This document shows, one piece after another, positions 20,783 to 22,376 of a stretch of DNA of 22,376 bases. Location of the stretch: contig CAWJLW010000010.1 in the NCBI GenBank assembly GCA_963843795.1, forward strand, positions 248,001 through 270,376. Reading direction: 5' to 3'. The notes under the pieces were generated by a model. That model was not told where the DNA came from. It saw only the letters and a program-made list of their open reading frames with translations, and ran no database searches. The DNA comes from an uncultured bacterium (GTDB lineage Bacteria; Armatimonadota; Abditibacteriia; Abditibacteriales; Abditibacteriaceae). The position numbers were made by a program, and so were the translations under genes. Numbering within the stretch: the first letter of the stretch is position 1; every line of letters begins with the position of its first letter.

Positions 20783-21772
20783 CTATACATTATAAATATC
20801 AGCGCGAAAGCGTGACAAATTTTCGCTCACCCAGTCGATGACGGCGCGCAGACCATCATCCAGCGAAATTTCGGGCCGCCAGTCCATGCGTTCGCGCGCC
20901 AGAGAATTATCACAAATCAAGGTAAAAACCTCGCTATTTTCGGGCCGCACGCGATCTTCGGAACTCGTTATCGGCAAGTCACGGCCCATCAATGAGAGAA
21001 TTTTCTGCGCCAGCTCTCCAATTATGATGCCGCTGCCGTTGCCCACATTTGTTACTTCGCCCACACACGCCTCGGCCTGTGCCACGCCCAGAAAACCATT
21101 GACAGTATCGCTCACAAACGTCAGATCGCGCACCGGCGATAGCGAACCCAGCTCGATATGATCGCGCGATAATGCCTGCGCAATAATGGTTGGAATCACG
21201 GCACGCGCCGATTGACGCGGCCCGAACGTATTGAAAGGCCGAATTGTCGCGACCGGCAAGGCGAACGAGCGATGGTAGCTTTCGGCCAATTTATCCGCGC
21301 CAATTTTGCTTGCTGAGTATGGCGACTGGCCCTGCAAAGGATGTTTTTCGTCGATGGGCGTATAAAGCGCCGTTCCGTAGGTTTCACTGGTCGAAGTATG
21401 AACAATTTTCGGCGTTTGGTGCCGCAGCGCCGCTTGTAACACATTCAACGTCCCGGAGATATTGGTATCGACATACGATTGCGGCGCGGCGTAGGAGTAG
21501 GGAATGGCGATGAGCGAAGCTAGATGAAAAACCGTATCGACACCTTCGATGGCACCATCCATGAAAAATGGGTCGCGCACATCGCCAGCCAACACTTCCA
21601 ATTGCGCCCTGGTTTCGAGCGACAAAAAATCGAGATTGCCCCATTCGCCGCGCGCGTTGTAGCGCACCAGCGCGCGCACTTTGGCGCCCCTCTCAACCAG
21701 CTCTTGCGTGAGATGGCTACCGATAAAACCACCGGCGCCAGTCACTAAAACCGTCTTGTTTTTCCAATCCAT
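20783..21772 (-). CDS. NAD-dependent NDP-sugar 4,6-dehydratase/epimerase (extended SDR, LegB-like)
   Basis: VTGAGGFIGSHL, HLASLIAIPYSY.AP.SYV.TN, HTSTSETYG, QSPYSASK (YxxxK), RPFNTFGPRQSARAVIP. AGGAG ribosome-binding site precedes ATG 21772. Confidence 0.93.
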   Translation of the reverse strand: MDWKNKTVLVTGAGGFIGSHLTQELVERGAKVRALVRYNARGEWGNLDFLSLETRAQLEVLAGDVRDPFFMDGAIEGVDTVFHLASLIAIPYSYAAPQSYVDTNISGTLNVLQAALRHQTPKIVHTSTSETYGTALYTPIDEKHPLQGQSPYSASKIGADKLAESYHRSFALPVATIRPFNTFGPRQSARAVIPTIIAQALSRDHIELGSLSPVRDLTFVSDTVNGFLGVAQAEACVGEVTNVGNGSGIIIGELAQKILSLMGRDLPITSSEDRVRPENSEVFTLICDNSLARERMDWRPEISLDDGLRAVIDWVSENLSRFRADIYNV

Positions 21773-21954
21773 CCTGCTCCTACTTTTCAATCAACAGTTT
21801 TCGCGGTTCTAACTCACCGACAACCAGGTAAGCATACAAACAAGCAGTCGAAAAGAATTGAATTTACCTATTTTAATTTGTTCAGAGTCTGGTTTTATCC
21901 AGCTACTTACGTGCAATCCATTTTGCGAAAAGCATCGCTTCCATCGAATCAACG

Positions 21955-22183
21955 CGATGATGCCGACGACATCGCCTTTTTTGATGTCGAACTCGATGTC
22001 CTTCAAAGCCCAGAAGGTTTCGGTTTCCGGTCGCTGAAACGGGTTCTTCAAACGATGCGCGAGGGCTTCGCCGAGCATCGTTTGCTTGGTGGCGTTGTGG
22101 GCGATAGTATACAATTTGGACAGGCCGCGCACTGCGACTGCAATATCATTTTTCGATAGGATTTCTTTGCGATTCGAGATCAA
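21955..22183 (-). pseudogene. wzt: 5' remnant of polysaccharide ABC-transporter ATP-binding subunit (Wzt/RfbB/TagH-like), truncated just before Walker A
   Basis: DIAVAVRGLSKLY.I.......TMLGEAL......P......FWALKDIEFDIKKGDVVGII is the canonical Wzt start. The expected G(R)NGAGKST is absent and the rest of ORF 21809..22183 is unrelated. Confidence 0.85.
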
Positions 22184-22376
22184 TACACTTCGTCATGCGT
22201 TCCCATCGTCAGTAAGTGAAGCTCTTCCTCACCAGACTCGGCATTTTGCACGAACTCGAAAAGAATCCGGTTGTCGTAGTCTACCGTGCAGGCCCAAACG
22301 CCACTGAGTTCGCCCTTCAATTTATGCGTGTGCAGCGTCGCGTGAAAAGGCTCTTCCACCAATTGCTGAAGGGCAC
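22180..22376 (-). CDS. Type II toxin-antitoxin toxin, RelE/YafQ/StbE superfamily (5' end outside the window)
   Basis: PFH..L.THKLKG.L.G.WAC.V.YD.RI.FEF and a C-terminal GTHDEVY are typical of YafQ-like ribosome-dependent mRNA interferases. The frame is open to the window end. Confidence 0.85.
   Translation of the reverse strand, partial: ALQQLVEEPFHATLHTHKLKGELSGVWACTVDYDNRILFEFVQNAESGEEELHLLTMGTHDEVY

Noticed and set aside
21790..21900. Sigma70-like promoter or terminator upstream of the dehydratase
   Set aside because: A TATGCT hexamer is present on the minus strand but lacks a properly spaced -35; the CTGG..CCAG hairpin is too short and has no U-tract.
21809..21954. C-terminal 48 aa of ORF 21809..22183 as a novel Wzt domain
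   Set aside because: It begins exactly where Walker A should be and crosses AT-rich intergenic-like DNA; best explained as readthrough after a deletion.
5..22307. Numerous plus-strand ORFs of 60-166 aa
   Set aside because: All lie antisense to recognisable minus-strand genes and show no family motifs; they are shadow ORFs.

Overview
All 23 recognisable genes lie on the minus strand and form one closely packed surface-polysaccharide (EPS/capsule/O-antigen-type) locus. In transcription order (high to low coordinates): a RelE/YafQ-like toxin cut by the window edge; a truncated ABC-transporter ATPase (wzt remnant); an NDP-sugar 4,6-dehydratase; a sugar-phosphate nucleotidyltransferase; a DegT aminotransferase; a hexapeptide acyltransferase; a 173-bp nested-palindrome MITE/REP-like element; a methyltransferase; a second DegT aminotransferase; a Wzx flippase; then eight glycosyltransferases interspersed with four more methyltransferases (one a remnant, one Trm112-fused) and a Wzy-like membrane protein; and finally a NodU/CmcH carbamoyltransferase that runs off the left edge. 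About 14 of the 23 genes are broken by single-base indels, in-frame stops or apparent large deletions. This is either genuine decay of the locus or a noisy long-read consensus; the sequence alone cannot settle which. The most notable items are the nested palindromic element, the wzt deletion junction beside a Wzx/Wzy pathway, the toxin abutting wzt, and the heavy methyl/carbamoyl/acyl tailoring set. I found no clearly new biological system beyond these. All family assignments come from motif recognition by eye, not database searches.
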